A DNA stretch of 64,000 nucleotides, from assembly GCA_965279035.1 (NCBI GenBank), contig OZ257142.1, positions 1,376,001 to 1,440,000 of the forward strand, in the 5' to 3' direction. The notes under the pieces are model-generated. The model was not told the origin of the DNA and made no database searches. It saw nothing but the letters and a program-made list of their open reading frames with translations. A program made the position numbers and the translations under genes. Positions 9,812 through 20,223 of this stretch are shown here, piece by piece. The DNA is from Bacteroidia bacterium (GTDB taxonomy: Bacteria; Bacteroidota; Bacteroidia; M30B66). Position 1 is the first letter of the stretch; each line of letters opens with the position of its first letter.

Positions 9812-12800
9812 AACCATAGTAAAATTGAACTTTTTTAAGAAGCTTTCCTGCAGTTGAATAATACGATGCTGGCCCATGCAAATAGCCATCTTCATAAGTT
9901 TCTTCTAAATAGAGCTGTCCATTAGGATTGTAAATTTTCAAGGTGCCAACTTTATCTCCATAGCTATATTCAGCTTCTTCTTTCAATTGTCCAGAAGGAT
10001 AGTATTCTTTGGAAGGACCATTGAACGAACCATTTTTATAAGTATTGGTATAATATAGTTTACCTGAAGGGTAATACGCACTATATTCTCCGTCACGTTT
10101 CCCATTTTTCATCACAAAAGAAATGGCTGGTTTGCCATCTTTATAATAGGTTTTCACTTCCGCATTTCCATTTACAATTGGGATTGTTATTTTTTTACCA
10201 GTATTGTCTTCATACGAATATGAAACTAGCTCACCTTCAAAAAAGTTGCGCTCTAACATCAAACTGCCAACTTCAGCGAATGTTTTACAAATACCATCTA
10301 ATTCATCATTTCTATTGGAGTAGGTAGTCATGATTTTGCCACTTGAATAGTAAAATATTTCCTCTCCTTCTGATTCACCATTGTCATAGTTTTCTCTACT
10401 GCTCAACACTCCAAATTCATCATAGCTCGTTAGAATCGAATCTAATTTCCCTAAAACATATTTTCCTTCTTGACGAATATTCCCATTTGCATAAAATAAT
10501 TTGAAATAACCATGTTGTTTACCACATAAATAATTCGATGTTTTACTTGGCATATTTTGTCCATAATTCACTTTCCATGGGCCTGTTTTAACACCGTATT
10601 TATATGCTCCTTCCCATTGATTATAAGGTGTATCGCCTTTTTCTTTGCAATAAAATTCAGGTTTGTCGAATGAAATAGTGTCTTTACTTAGATCATTTTC
10701 ATCGAAAATTATCATTTTAAATGGTTCTTTATCTTTATAGATAAGGCTCACATTTCTTTTTCCGTTTGGATAATAGGATAAATCAATCCCAGTAAGTACA
10801 TCTTCTTCATAAAATTCATCCGAATCGATTTTTCCATTTTCATGATAAGATATCATAGGGCCATTACTTTCGCCATTCATGTAATATCCTTTTAATTTAA
10901 TTGTGCCATCTTGAAAATAGCTTTTGCAGAAACCAGTTCTATTTCCTTCAGAATACATTAATTCATCAGAAACAGTTCCATTACGATAATAATAAGTCGC
11001 CTCCCCATCAATTTTTCCATCTTTATAGTTGAACTTCCGTTGAATTGAACCATCCGGATAGTAACTAATAAATTCATCATTAAATTCCCCTTTTTTGTAA
11101 ATTGATTTTTCAGTTAATAATCCATACGGAGTGAAGTTTTTCCAAAGGATTTCTCCTGACTTTTCTTCTTCTTTGTATATGATATTTCCATTTTTATCAA
11201 GAAATTCATAATAATTCAAACGCTCATTTTTAAATGTTAAATGGGCATATACTTTCCCATCATTCGCATCATACCAGTTTGAAGGACCATTGGCTTTCCC
11301 ATTTTTATATTCGTATTCATTTTTTAAAATCCCTTGATTCGAATATTCTTTCACTGATCCATCATATTTACCATTCTTAAATGAGGCAATTGATTGGGTT
11401 TTCCCATTTCGGAAGTATTTTTTGTATTCTCCTGTTTTATATCCGCCTTCAAAGTTCATTTCCTCTTTTAATTCACCCGTTGGGTAGTATGATTTATAGG
11501 CTCCAGATAAATCACCATTCAATAAATGACCTTCAGCCGATTTTTGCCCATTGGCAAAATACGATGTATAATTTCCAGATTTTCCAGGATCAACAACCTC
11601 CCTTTCATATTCTAAAGCTCCTTCTGAAGAATATCCTTTAATTATTCCACTTGCTTTTCCATCTTTAATTGTTAGCTCCATTTTTAAAGCTCCTGTTGGA
11701 TGATATTCATAATAATTATCGACATATTGTTTGTTCACTTTGGTGCCATCTTCTTTCTTATATCCATTTTCGTAATAAGAAGTGTAATGCACTTTATCTA
11801 ATTCAGCTTCATATTCTTCCACTTTTGATAGAAGTCCATTATTATAATAATATTTCCATGTGCCCTCTTCTTTTCCTTGGTCATTGTATTTGCCTTCGGC
11901 CGATTTTATTCCATTATTTCTAAAATATACCCAATCCCCAAAAATTGTTTTATCAGCTTTTTGATTTCCATATGCTGCCAATTCGCCATTATCATGGAAT
12001 GCAAATGTTAGATCTTCATTTGTTCCCATTGATTCAATCTTGTATTGACGTCTCTTTTCAATTAAATCTTTATTTGCCCAGGCTACAAAATCATCAACAA
12101 CTCCTTTGTTTTTATTGAAAGCTTTATTTACGGATTCTATTTCTTTAAGTGCCGAAAGCCCCGACATAATAGCCCCTTCAAAATATCCTTGATTCCAAAG
12201 TTCTTTGTAAAATGTGCAATAAAAATTAGCCATATAATTTTCTTCTTTACTTGGAATATTATCAAGCCTTTCCAAAATCATATGTAGTTGTCGAATGTAC
12301 GGCTCATCAAGGCGAGTCTTGATTTTGTACTTAGGAGTAAGTGCAATTTTTGCTTTAACTAATTGATTAATCTCTTCGAGTGATTCTAAATTCTTAAGTG
12401 TATTTTCCGGACTTGGTTTTTCGGAATTATAATTATCGTCCGACATCGATACCATCAATTTGTAGGTATCATATTGTGCTTTTGGTGTTGTATTAATTAA
12501 GGAGGAAAAATGCATAGCCATTAAAGCTAATGCAGGCTGTCCTGATGTATACGCCATATCAGCATATATTATATGCGTTCGTTTATTAAATAGGTTTAGC
12601 TTGAATGAAGTTTCTAATTGTTTAATTGCTTCCTCCCATTTCTTTTCTCCCATATAGGTTATCGCTTCTTCATAATATGTTTTACCTGCATGAGGAAATA
12701 GTTTTTTACACTCATTATAATAAAAGTGAGCACTATCTGGCTTTTTATAGTTATCGTATGTTTGAGCGATGAGCCAATAAAAATCTCTTAAGTTCTCATC

Positions 12801-13085
12801 ATTACGTTTAATTCCTTTTTTCGCATTAGAAATGGCTTCTGCATATTTCTTTTCAGAAGACAAACTCATGGTTAATTCATAATGGGCTAGATTATAATTT
12901 GTGTCGGAAGGTGAAACCTGACTATATAACTTGGAGGCAGCCTCATAGTTAGAAGTGTCATAGGCTAAAATCCCTTCTTTAATTAATTGATTCGATAATG
13001 TGAGTGTATCTCCAATTTTTTGAGCAGTTGAAATTTTGCACAGAAATACAATAAGGATAGCGAGCGTAAACTTTGTTTTTGTCAT
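9795..13085 (-). CDS. Exported TPR + MORN-variant (MORN_2) repeat protein
   Basis: Signal peptide STA-Q, N-terminal TPR helices, then many G.(W/Y)..YY.NG.L..E..Y..G repeats over about 730 aa. Confidence 0.85.
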   Translation of the reverse strand: MTKTKFTLAILIVFLCKISTAQKIGDTLTLSNQLIKEGILAYDTSNYEAASKLYSQVSPSDTNYNLAHYELTMSLSSEKKYAEAISNAKKGIKRNDENLRDFYWLIAQTYDNYKKPDSAHFYYNECKKLFPHAGKTYYEEAITYMGEKKWEEAIKQLETSFKLNLFNKRTHIIYADMAYTSGQPALALMAMHFSSLINTTPKAQYDTYKLMVSMSDDNYNSEKPSPENTLKNLESLEEINQLVKAKIALTPKYKIKTRLDEPYIRQLHMILERLDNIPSKEENYMANFYCTFYKELWNQGYFEGAIMSGLSALKEIESVNKAFNKNKGVVDDFVAWANKDLIEKRRQYKIESMGTNEDLTFAFHDNGELAAYGNQKADKTIFGDWVYFRNNGIKSAEGKYNDQGKEEGTWKYYYNNGLLSKVEEYEAELDKVHYTSYYENGYKKEDGTKVNKQYVDNYYEYHPTGALKMELTIKDGKASGIIKGYSSEGALEYEREVVDPGKSGNYTSYFANGQKSAEGHLLNGDLSGAYKSYYPTGELKEEMNFEGGYKTGEYKKYFRNGKTQSIASFKNGKYDGSVKEYSNQGILKNEYEYKNGKANGPSNWYDANDGKVYAHLTFKNERLNYYEFLDKNGNIIYKEEEKSGEILWKNFTPYGLLTEKSIYKKGEFNDEFISYYPDGSIQRKFNYKDGKIDGEATYYYRNGTVSDELMYSEGNRTGFCKSYFQDGTIKLKGYYMNGESNGPMISYHENGKIDSDEFYEEDVLTGIDLSYYPNGKRNVSLIYKDKEPFKMIIFDENDLSKDTISFDKPEFYCKEKGDTPYNQWEGAYKYGVKTGPWKVNYGQNMPSKTSNYLCGKQHGYFKLFYANGNIRQEGKYVLGKLDSILTSYDEFGVLSSRENYDNGESEGEEIFYYSSGKIMTTYSNRNDELDGICKTFAEVGSLMLERNFFEGELVSYSYEDNTGKKITIPIVNGNAEVKTYYKDGKPAISFVMKNGKRDGEYSAYYPSGKLYYTNTYKNGSFNGPSKEYYPSGQLKEEAEYSYGDKVGTLKIYNPNGQLYLEETYEDGYLHGPASYYSTAGKLLKKVQFYYGYEYIP

Positions 13086-13260
13086 AACGCGACAATTTCT
13101 ACAATTTTGACCGCCAATTTATAACTCATTTAGTTATTTAACGAATCTGTTCTTGTATTATTCCTTTTTATATAGTTCCTGTTCAGGATTGAAATTCAAT
13201 TATTATCCCTCTCGAAATATTTGGATAAAACAGAAAGAATTAAATATTGACATGAAAATA

Positions 13261-13322
13261 AGGGGGTGTTTAAAGAAAAAGTGCAAAAAATTGGGAACTA
13301 CCCCCTCGAAAATATATCTTTG
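13261..13322 (+). promoter_or_regulatory. GSIII promoter (-7 TATCTTTG at 13315-13322) with an overlapping inverted repeat
   Basis: TAnnTTTG match; TTG at 13291-13293; AGGGGGTGTT(13261-13270)...AACTACCCCCT(13296-13306). Confidence 0.6.
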
Positions 13323-13348
13323 CCTCCGAAAAACATAAAAATATCTAT

Positions 13349-15544
13349 ATGTCGACAATTCGGTTTAAGGCAATTGAGTCTTTGATAAATCGTTCTTATG
13401 ATATCAATGGACCACAAGCAGAGAAAATCTCAGATTATTATGGTAAATCTGTTTTTGGGGATATTGCAATGCGGGAGTTTCTGAGTAAAGAAGCCTATGA
13501 AAAGGTACGTGGGGCAATTGAACAGGGAACTCAAATTGAGCGTCATGTTGCAGATCAAGTAGCATCCTCTATGAAAGCTTGGGCAATGAATCAAGGATGT
13601 ACGCATTTTACACATTGGTTTCAGCCTTTAAACGGCGCAACAGCCGAAAAACACGATTCCTTTTTTGAGCCATTGTCAGATGGTCGAGCAATTGAAAATT
13701 TTAGTGGAAGTAATTTAATACAACAAGAACCCGATGCATCATCATTTCCAAGTGGTGGAATTCGAAATACATTCGAAGCTCGTGGTTATACTGCTTGGGA
13801 TCCAACATCGCCTGCTTTTGTTATTAGTGGAACACTTTGTATTCCAACAATCTTTGTTTCTTATACAGGTGAAGCTCTCGATTTTAAAACACCACTAATC
13901 AAAGCGCTGCATGCATTAGATAAAGCAGCTGTTGACGTTTGTCAATACTTTGATAAAAATGTCACCAAAGTCACTGCTACTTTGGGTTGGGAACAGGAAT
14001 ACTTTTTAATTGATGAAGCATTATTTCATGCTCGACCTGACCTTTCTCTAACTGGTCGTACATTATTTGGACATTCACCAGCTAAAGGTCAACAGCTTGA
14101 AGACCATTATTTTGGAACAATTCCCGATCGTGTTGCAGCTTATATGCGTGATTTTGAAACTGAATGTCATAAATTGGCTATTCCGGTGCGAACTCGTCAC
14201 AATGAAGTAGCTCCCAATCAGTTTGAGTGTGCACCAATTTTCGAGGAAGCAAATTTAGCTGTTGATCACAATCAATTATTGATGGATGTGATGAGCAAAG
14301 TGGCGCGTCGTCATCGATTCCGTTTATTGCTTCATGAGAAACCATTTGCAGGAATCAATGGTTCTGGGAAACATAACAATTGGTCTTTATCTACTAATAC
14401 TGGAAAGAACCTTCTAAGTCCAGGTAAAACACCTAAAAACAATCTTCAATTTCTAACATTTTTCATCACTACTATCAAAGCATTACATACTTATGCTGAT
14501 TTGATGCGTGCTGCAATTGCTTCTGCGGGAAATGATCATCGACTGGGTGCCAATGAAGCTCCTCCGGCTATCATTTCAGCTTTTATCGGTTCTCAACTTA
14601 CTGGTGTTCTTGATGATTTGGAGCAAAGAGTCAAGCCAAGTGGTAAAATGACACCTGATGAAAAGACTGATTTGAAATTGAATATTGGGAAAATCCCTCA
14701 AATTTTGCTCGATAATACAGATAGAAATAGAACATCTCCTTTTGCTTTCACAGGGAATAAGTTTGAATTTCGTGCAGTAGGTTCTTCAGCAAATTGTTCT
14801 CAAGCGATGATTGTTTTAAATACCATCGTAACACAACAACTTAGAGATTTCAAAGTAGAAGTGGATGGTTTAATTTCTAAAAAGAAACTAGATAAAGACG
14901 AAGCGATTTTCCAAGTTTTACGTCGTTATATTACAGAATCCAAGGCTATACGTTTTGAAGGAAATGGATATAGTGATGAATGGGTGATTGAAGCAGCAAA
15001 AAGAGGGCTGAACAATTTTGCAAAAACACCCGAAGCATTGGATGCATTTGTGTCAAAACAATCACTTAAGCTATTTGAAGACAACGACGTTCTTTCACAT
15101 CGTGAAGTAGAAGCACGTTATGAAATTCAATTAGAGATGTATACGAAAAAGATACAGATTGAATCACGTGTTATGGGAGATATTGCAGCCAATCATATTA
15201 TTCCTACTGCTTTAAAATATCAAAGTGCACTAATTCAAAATGTGAAAGGCTTGAAAGATATTTTGGATACTAAAACATTTCAGAAATCTGCACAAGCTCA
15301 ATTGGAAATTATCTCTGAAATTTCGGAGCATGTGAATGCAATCAAAAAAATGGTTGATGAAATGATTGAATCACGCAAGCAAGCGAATAAAATTGCTGAT
15401 ATAAGGAAGCAAGCCTCTGAATATTGTGTCAAAGTGCAAGGTTTTTTTGATCCAATCCGGTATCATGTTGATAAGCTAGAATTATTGGTAGATGATGAAA
15501 TATGGTGCTTGCCTAAGTATCGGGAGATGTTGTTTATCAATTAA
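13349..15544 (+). CDS. glnA: Glutamine synthetase type III
   Basis: THWFQPL, EPDASSFPSGG, GWEQEYF, HNEVAP.QFE, HEKPFAGINGSGKHNNWS, HRLGANEAPP, DRNRTSPFAFTGNKFEFRAVGS; 731 aa. Confidence 0.96.
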   Translation: MSTIRFKAIESLINRSYDINGPQAEKISDYYGKSVFGDIAMREFLSKEAYEKVRGAIEQGTQIERHVADQVASSMKAWAMNQGCTHFTHWFQPLNGATAEKHDSFFEPLSDGRAIENFSGSNLIQQEPDASSFPSGGIRNTFEARGYTAWDPTSPAFVISGTLCIPTIFVSYTGEALDFKTPLIKALHALDKAAVDVCQYFDKNVTKVTATLGWEQEYFLIDEALFHARPDLSLTGRTLFGHSPAKGQQLEDHYFGTIPDRVAAYMRDFETECHKLAIPVRTRHNEVAPNQFECAPIFEEANLAVDHNQLLMDVMSKVARRHRFRLLLHEKPFAGINGSGKHNNWSLSTNTGKNLLSPGKTPKNNLQFLTFFITTIKALHTYADLMRAAIASAGNDHRLGANEAPPAIISAFIGSQLTGVLDDLEQRVKPSGKMTPDEKTDLKLNIGKIPQILLDNTDRNRTSPFAFTGNKFEFRAVGSSANCSQAMIVLNTIVTQQLRDFKVEVDGLISKKKLDKDEAIFQVLRRYITESKAIRFEGNGYSDEWVIEAAKRGLNNFAKTPEALDAFVSKQSLKLFEDNDVLSHREVEARYEIQLEMYTKKIQIESRVMGDIAANHIIPTALKYQSALIQNVKGLKDILDTKTFQKSAQAQLEIISEISEHVNAIKKMVDEMIESRKQANKIADIRKQASEYCVKVQGFFDPIRYHVDKLELLVDDEIWCLPKYREMLFIN

Positions 15545-15569
15545 TTAAACATAGGATTTGAAATTTCAC

Positions 15570-15605
15570 AGCGGGTTGAATAAGGTTTTCAACTCGCTTT
15601 TTTTT
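15570..15605 (+). terminator. Intrinsic terminator after GSIII
   Basis: AGCGGGTTGAA-TAAGGTT-TTCAACTCGCT followed by a T-run. Confidence 0.8.
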
Positions 15606-15703
15606 GATGTTTTTCACCTTGTTTTAGAAAGAAAGCCGCCCCTTTTTGTACCAAGCACATTTTTTTTAATTTAGCCAACTGCATATTGCAACTAAGCTCC
15701 ATT

Positions 15704-17872
15704 ATGGTAAAGACCTTTAACCAACTACTAACATGCCTGCTATTGCTGGCTTTATCGGCGACTACTGCGCTTGCACAACCAAAGCGTGTTAAAGAAGCTG
15801 ATCGCCTTTTTAACAACAAAGAATTCTACGAAGCGCTTGATGCCTATAAAAAGGCTTCCGAAAACATTCGAGGAAACAAAGCTTTAAAAGCTGAAGTTAC
15901 TTACAAGCAAGCACTTTGTTACATGGCTTTTAAAGACACTAAAAAAGCAGAGGTGTGGTTTGCTAAGGCCATAAAAGCAAAATATCAAGATCCAACGGCT
16001 GTCCTATTTCTTGCAGATATGATGCGTGAAAATGGTAAATATGACGAGGCATTGGCTGAATACGAAAAGTATATTAAACTTAAACCAGAAGATTCTCGTG
16101 GTGGTTCTGGAGCTGAAAGTTGTAAACTTTCTGTAAAATGGAAAGCATCACCAACGAAACATGAGGTGAGTAATGTTCAACCGTTGAACTCGAAGTTTGA
16201 TGATTTTTCACCTATATATTCTCGTAAGAATTACAAAGAAATTATTTTCACTTCAAGCCGCGAAGGTTCTACAGGTAGCGGAACAGATGGTTGGACAGGT
16301 GAAGCCTTTTCTGATTTATACGAAGCAAAATTGGATAAGAATGGCAAATGGAGCACACCAACTTCATTTAAAGAACCATTGAACTCTAAATACAATGATG
16401 GAGCTGCTGCATTGAATGATAAATTTAGTGTGATGTTCTTTACTCGTTGTTCTTACGATAAAAACAAAATCAAAGGTTGTCAGATTTATACAACTCGTAA
16501 GAAAGGAAATAATTGGGATGAACCAATTCTGTTACCTTTTGCAGCTGATAGCTTTACAGTTGGACATCCTTGGTTGAGTGATGATGAGCAAACTCTTTAT
16601 TTTGCTTCTGATATGTCTGGTGGCCTAGGTGGTCGTGATATTTGGATGGCTAAATTTGATAAAAAAGCTAAAACTTGGGGAAATCCAATCAATTTAGGTC
16701 CTCAAGTGAATACCATTGGAGACGAACTTTATCCTACACTTCGTAACGATTCAACGCTTTATTTTTCTTCTACTGGTTTAGTCGGAATGGGTGGTTTGGA
16801 TTTATTTGAAGCGAAATTCACGAAAGGTAAATGGGGATCAGTATCGAATTTGAAATTCCCTTTAAATTCTGAAGCAGATGATTTCGGAATTATTTTCCAA
16901 GGGAAGCAAGAAAAAGGCTACTTCTCATCTAGTCGTTTAGGTGGACGTGGAGGAAGTGATATCTATGAATTTAGTGTGCCACCCATTTTATTTACTTTAG
17001 GTGGATACGTTTATGATTTCGACAATAAAACCCCAATTGTTGGTGCTAAAGTATCAATGGTAGATAAAGATGGTATGACATACGATGCCATTACTGACCA
17101 AACTGGTTCATACTATTTTGATAATACAAAATTCCGCGAGGATAATACCTATGAACTTGTTTCAAGTGCTACCGACTTTTTGAATGATAAAGGCACAGAA
17201 ACTACAGTTGGTGAAGCAACAGGCAGTGACCACAAAAAGGATTTCTTCTTAAAAACAACCAAAAAAGGTCCAATCAAACTACCTAAAATTGAGTATGATT
17301 TAGGTAAATGGGATCTTCGTCCAGAATCTAAAGATTCATTGAATGGCTTAGTTCAAACTTTAAAAGACAATCCAAATATTACGATTGAATTGATGTCACA
17401 CACCGACTCACGTGATGCTGCAAAAGCAAATATTCTCCTTTCTCAAAAACGTGCTCAATCGGTTGTTGATTATCTAATCGAGCAAAAGATTGATCCATCT
17501 CGATTGACAGCAAAAGGATATGGTGAGACTAAATTGTTGAATCGTTGTAAGGATGGCGTTAAATGTTCAGAAGAAGAACATCAAGTTAACCGTCGTACAG
17601 AATTCAAAATTACAAGTACGACTTTCGTTCCAGCTGTTGGTTCACCGGAATTCAAAGCTCCTAAGATTGAATCTGTAGATGAGGATGCTGAAATAGAAAC
17701 AGATGTTGAAGAGATTAAACGTGATAACCTTCAAGTTGATCCTAAATCAGCTCCAGCTGCTCCTCCTGTAGAACCAGCAGCGCCTTCTAAACCAACACCT
17801 GCGGTAGCACCTGCTCCAACTCCAGCTAAACCAGCTCCAGCACCTGCAGTACCTGCTAAACCCAAAAAATAA
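15704..17872 (+). CDS. PorE-like OmpA-family protein (TPR + PD40 propeller + beta-sandwich + OmpA_C) with Pro/Ala-rich tail
   Basis: TPRs; LYFASD..GG.GG.DIW and LYFSS.G..GMGGLDLF repeats; SHTDSR..N..LSQKRAQS, GYGE, NRRTEF; tail PAAPPVEPAAPSKPTPA. Confidence 0.88.
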   Translation: MVKTFNQLLTCLLLLALSATTALAQPKRVKEADRLFNNKEFYEALDAYKKASENIRGNKALKAEVTYKQALCYMAFKDTKKAEVWFAKAIKAKYQDPTAVLFLADMMRENGKYDEALAEYEKYIKLKPEDSRGGSGAESCKLSVKWKASPTKHEVSNVQPLNSKFDDFSPIYSRKNYKEIIFTSSREGSTGSGTDGWTGEAFSDLYEAKLDKNGKWSTPTSFKEPLNSKYNDGAAALNDKFSVMFFTRCSYDKNKIKGCQIYTTRKKGNNWDEPILLPFAADSFTVGHPWLSDDEQTLYFASDMSGGLGGRDIWMAKFDKKAKTWGNPINLGPQVNTIGDELYPTLRNDSTLYFSSTGLVGMGGLDLFEAKFTKGKWGSVSNLKFPLNSEADDFGIIFQGKQEKGYFSSSRLGGRGGSDIYEFSVPPILFTLGGYVYDFDNKTPIVGAKVSMVDKDGMTYDAITDQTGSYYFDNTKFREDNTYELVSSATDFLNDKGTETTVGEATGSDHKKDFFLKTTKKGPIKLPKIEYDLGKWDLRPESKDSLNGLVQTLKDNPNITIELMSHTDSRDAAKANILLSQKRAQSVVDYLIEQKIDPSRLTAKGYGETKLLNRCKDGVKCSEEEHQVNRRTEFKITSTTFVPAVGSPEFKAPKIESVDEDAEIETDVEEIKRDNLQVDPKSAPAAPPVEPAAPSKPTPAVAPAPTPAKPAPAPAVPAKPKK

Positions 17873-17895
17873 ATTTCTTTGAAAATATAATGTTG

Positions 17896-17932
17896 CAACA
17901 TCCTGCCCCAAACGGCGGGATGTTGTTATTTT
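17896..17932 (+). terminator. Hairpin/terminator after the OmpA-family gene
   Basis: CAACATCCTGCC-CCAAAC-GGCGGGATGTTG then TTATTTT. Confidence 0.65.
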
Positions 17933-17938
17933 GTACCC

Positions 17939-19114
17939 ATGCAAACTAATGATCGTTATGCTGCACGAGGCGTATCTTCGGGAAAAGAAGATGTTCATGC
18001 TGCAATTCGTAATACAGATAAAGGCCTTTTTCCCAAAGCATTTTGTAAAATTATTCCTGATACCTTAACAGGTGATCCTGAATATGCATTGGTAATGCAT
18101 GCTGATGGGGCTGGGACAAAATCATCACTCGCCTATATTTATTGGAAAGAAACAGGGGACATTTCTGTTTGGAAAGGAATAGCTCAGGATGCTTTGGTCA
18201 TGAATACTGATGATCTTTTATGTGTAGGTGCGACGGATCAAATTTTAGTTTCTTCCACTATAGGGCGAAATAAATCAAATATCCCCGGAGAAGTTATTTC
18301 AGCTATCATCCAAGCTAATCAAGAACTATGTGATTGGTTTAGTTCTTTGGGAATACAAGTTCATTTAACTGGTGGAGAAACGGCCGATGTAGGTGATATC
18401 GTTCGCACTTTAATAGTTGATTCTACAGTTGTTGCCCGTATCAAACGAAGTGATATCATTGATAATAGCCGCATAAAAGCTGGTGATGTAATAGTAGGAT
18501 TGTCGTCTTTTGGACAAGCAAGCTATGAAGATCATTACAACGGTGGAATGGGCAGTAATGGCTTGACTTCAGCCCGCCACGATGTGTTCTCATCCATTTA
18601 CCGTTCTAAGTACCCTGAAAGCTATAATCCGGAAGTCCCTGAAGAATTAGTTTATAGCGGCAAGTACCTACTTACCGATCAGGTACCAAGCTTATCGGTT
18701 AATTATGGACAATTGGTGTTATCACCTACTCGAACGTATGCACCAATCATAAAAGAAATACTTAGAAATTATAGAAATCAAATTCATGGAATGGTTCATT
18801 GTAGTGGTGGTGGTCAAACGAAAGTGTTGCATTTTGTTGAAAATGTTCATGTGATAAAAGATTCTTTATTTGATGTTCCCCCTTTGTTTCAAATCATTCA
18901 AGAAGCCTCTTCTACCGAATGGAAGGAAATGTATCGTGTTTTTAATATGGGACATCGAATGGAATTGTATGTTCCAGCTGAGATAGCTGAAGACTTAATA
19001 CGGATTTCAAAGTCGTTTGATGTCGATGCTAAGATTATAGGTCGAGTTGAAGAATCTGAGATGAAAAAACTTACTATTAAAACCGATCAAGACACCTTTA
19101 TTTATTTGTCTTAA
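17939..19114 (+). CDS. purM: AIR synthase (Bacteroidota-type PurM)
   Basis: [55 protein letters not shown]. Confidence 0.92.
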   Translation: MQTNDRYAARGVSSGKEDVHAAIRNTDKGLFPKAFCKIIPDTLTGDPEYALVMHADGAGTKSSLAYIYWKETGDISVWKGIAQDALVMNTDDLLCVGATDQILVSSTIGRNKSNIPGEVISAIIQANQELCDWFSSLGIQVHLTGGETADVGDIVRTLIVDSTVVARIKRSDIIDNSRIKAGDVIVGLSSFGQASYEDHYNGGMGSNGLTSARHDVFSSIYRSKYPESYNPEVPEELVYSGKYLLTDQVPSLSVNYGQLVLSPTRTYAPIIKEILRNYRNQIHGMVHCSGGGQTKVLHFVENVHVIKDSLFDVPPLFQIIQEASSTEWKEMYRVFNMGHRMELYVPAEIAEDLIRISKSFDVDAKIIGRVEESEMKKLTIKTDQDTFIYLS

Positions 19115-19131
19115 GACTAATTTTGTCATCC

Positions 19132-20223
19132 ATGGAAGAGAATACTTTGCTGCCAAGATTAGAAGCGATCCGAGCACGATATGAAGAAGTTGAGATGCAA
19201 ATCTCTGATCCTGCTGTAATTTCTGATATGGCAAGATTTAAACGATTAAACAAAGAGTATAAAGATTTGCAACCTGTTGTTGAAGGGGCAATTCGATACC
19301 GCAAAATATTAGAAGACCTTAGTTCTGCCAATGAATTAATGTATGCCGATTCTGACGAGGCATTTAGAGCAATGGCTAAAGATGAAATTACATCATTAGA
19401 GGCAGAGCAAATTGCACTCGAAGAATCCATTCGACTTTTGTTAATTCCTAAAGATCCGGAGGATGGTAAAAATGCAGTGCTGGAAATTCGTGCTGGAACA
19501 GGTGGAGATGAGGCGAGTATTTTTGCAGGCGATCTTGCGAGGATGTATATTAAGTTTTGTGAAAATAAAGGATGGAAAGTAGATGTTGTAGATCAAAGTG
19601 ATGGGACTTTAGGTGGTTTTAAGGAGATTGTGATGGAAGTTAGTGGTGATAATGTTTTCGGTGTTCTAAAGTATGAATCAGGTGTTCATCGTGTTCAACG
19701 TGTACCTGCAACTGAAACACAAGGTAGAGTTCATACTTCAGCAGCAACTGTTGTTGTTTTACCTGAAGCTGATGAAGTAGATGTAGTTATCAATCCAGCT
19801 GACCTTGATTTTCAAACGTCTCGTTCAGGAGGTGCTGGTGGTCAGAATGTGAATAAAGTAGAAACCAAAGTGCAACTGACACATAAGCCAACAGGTATCA
19901 TGGTGATGTGTCAAATTGAGCGCTCACAATTGGGAAATAAAATTCGTGCAATGAATATGTTACGTGCTAAATTGTACGATTTAGAACTTACAAAACATAA
20001 CGCAGCGATATCAAAACGCCGTAAAACAATGGTCTCTACAGGCGATCGTTCCGCTAAAATAAGGACGTATAATTATCCGCAAAGTCGAGTAACCGATCAT
20101 CGTATAGGTTATACCATGTATAATTTACCTGCATTTGTTGGTGGAGATATAGAAGAGGTAATTAATGCTTTGCAGGTTGCTGAAAATGCAGAACGAATGA
20201 AAGAAGGGACTGAAATAGCATGA
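19132..20223 (+). CDS. prfA: Peptide chain release factor 1
   Basis: [23 protein letters not shown] (PxT motif of RF1), [11 protein letters not shown]. Confidence 0.97.
   Translation: MEENTLLPRLEAIRARYEEVEMQISDPAVISDMARFKRLNKEYKDLQPVVEGAIRYRKILEDLSSANELMYADSDEAFRAMAKDEITSLEAEQIALEESIRLLLIPKDPEDGKNAVLEIRAGTGGDEASIFAGDLARMYIKFCENKGWKVDVVDQSDGTLGGFKEIVMEVSGDNVFGVLKYESGVHRVQRVPATETQGRVHTSAATVVVLPEADEVDVVINPADLDFQTSRSGGAGGQNVNKVETKVQLTHKPTGIMVMCQIERSQLGNKIRAMNMLRAKLYDLELTKHNAAISKRRKTMVSTGDRSAKIRTYNYPQSRVTDHRIGYTMYNLPAFVGGDIEEVINALQVAENAERMKEGTEIA

Noticed and set aside
9795-13085. Toxin-antitoxin call (YwqK-like antitoxin) for the MORN-repeat protein
   Set aside because: The similarity comes from generic MORN-variant repeats. 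The protein is 1096 aa with a signal peptide, and there is no adjacent toxin gene.
4800-13300. Prophage or integrative element
   Set aside because: No integrase, transposase, phage gene, tRNA or att-like repeat was seen.
19132-20223. Programmed frameshift as in prfB
   Set aside because: The ORF is continuous and carries the RF1 PxT motif, so it is prfA.
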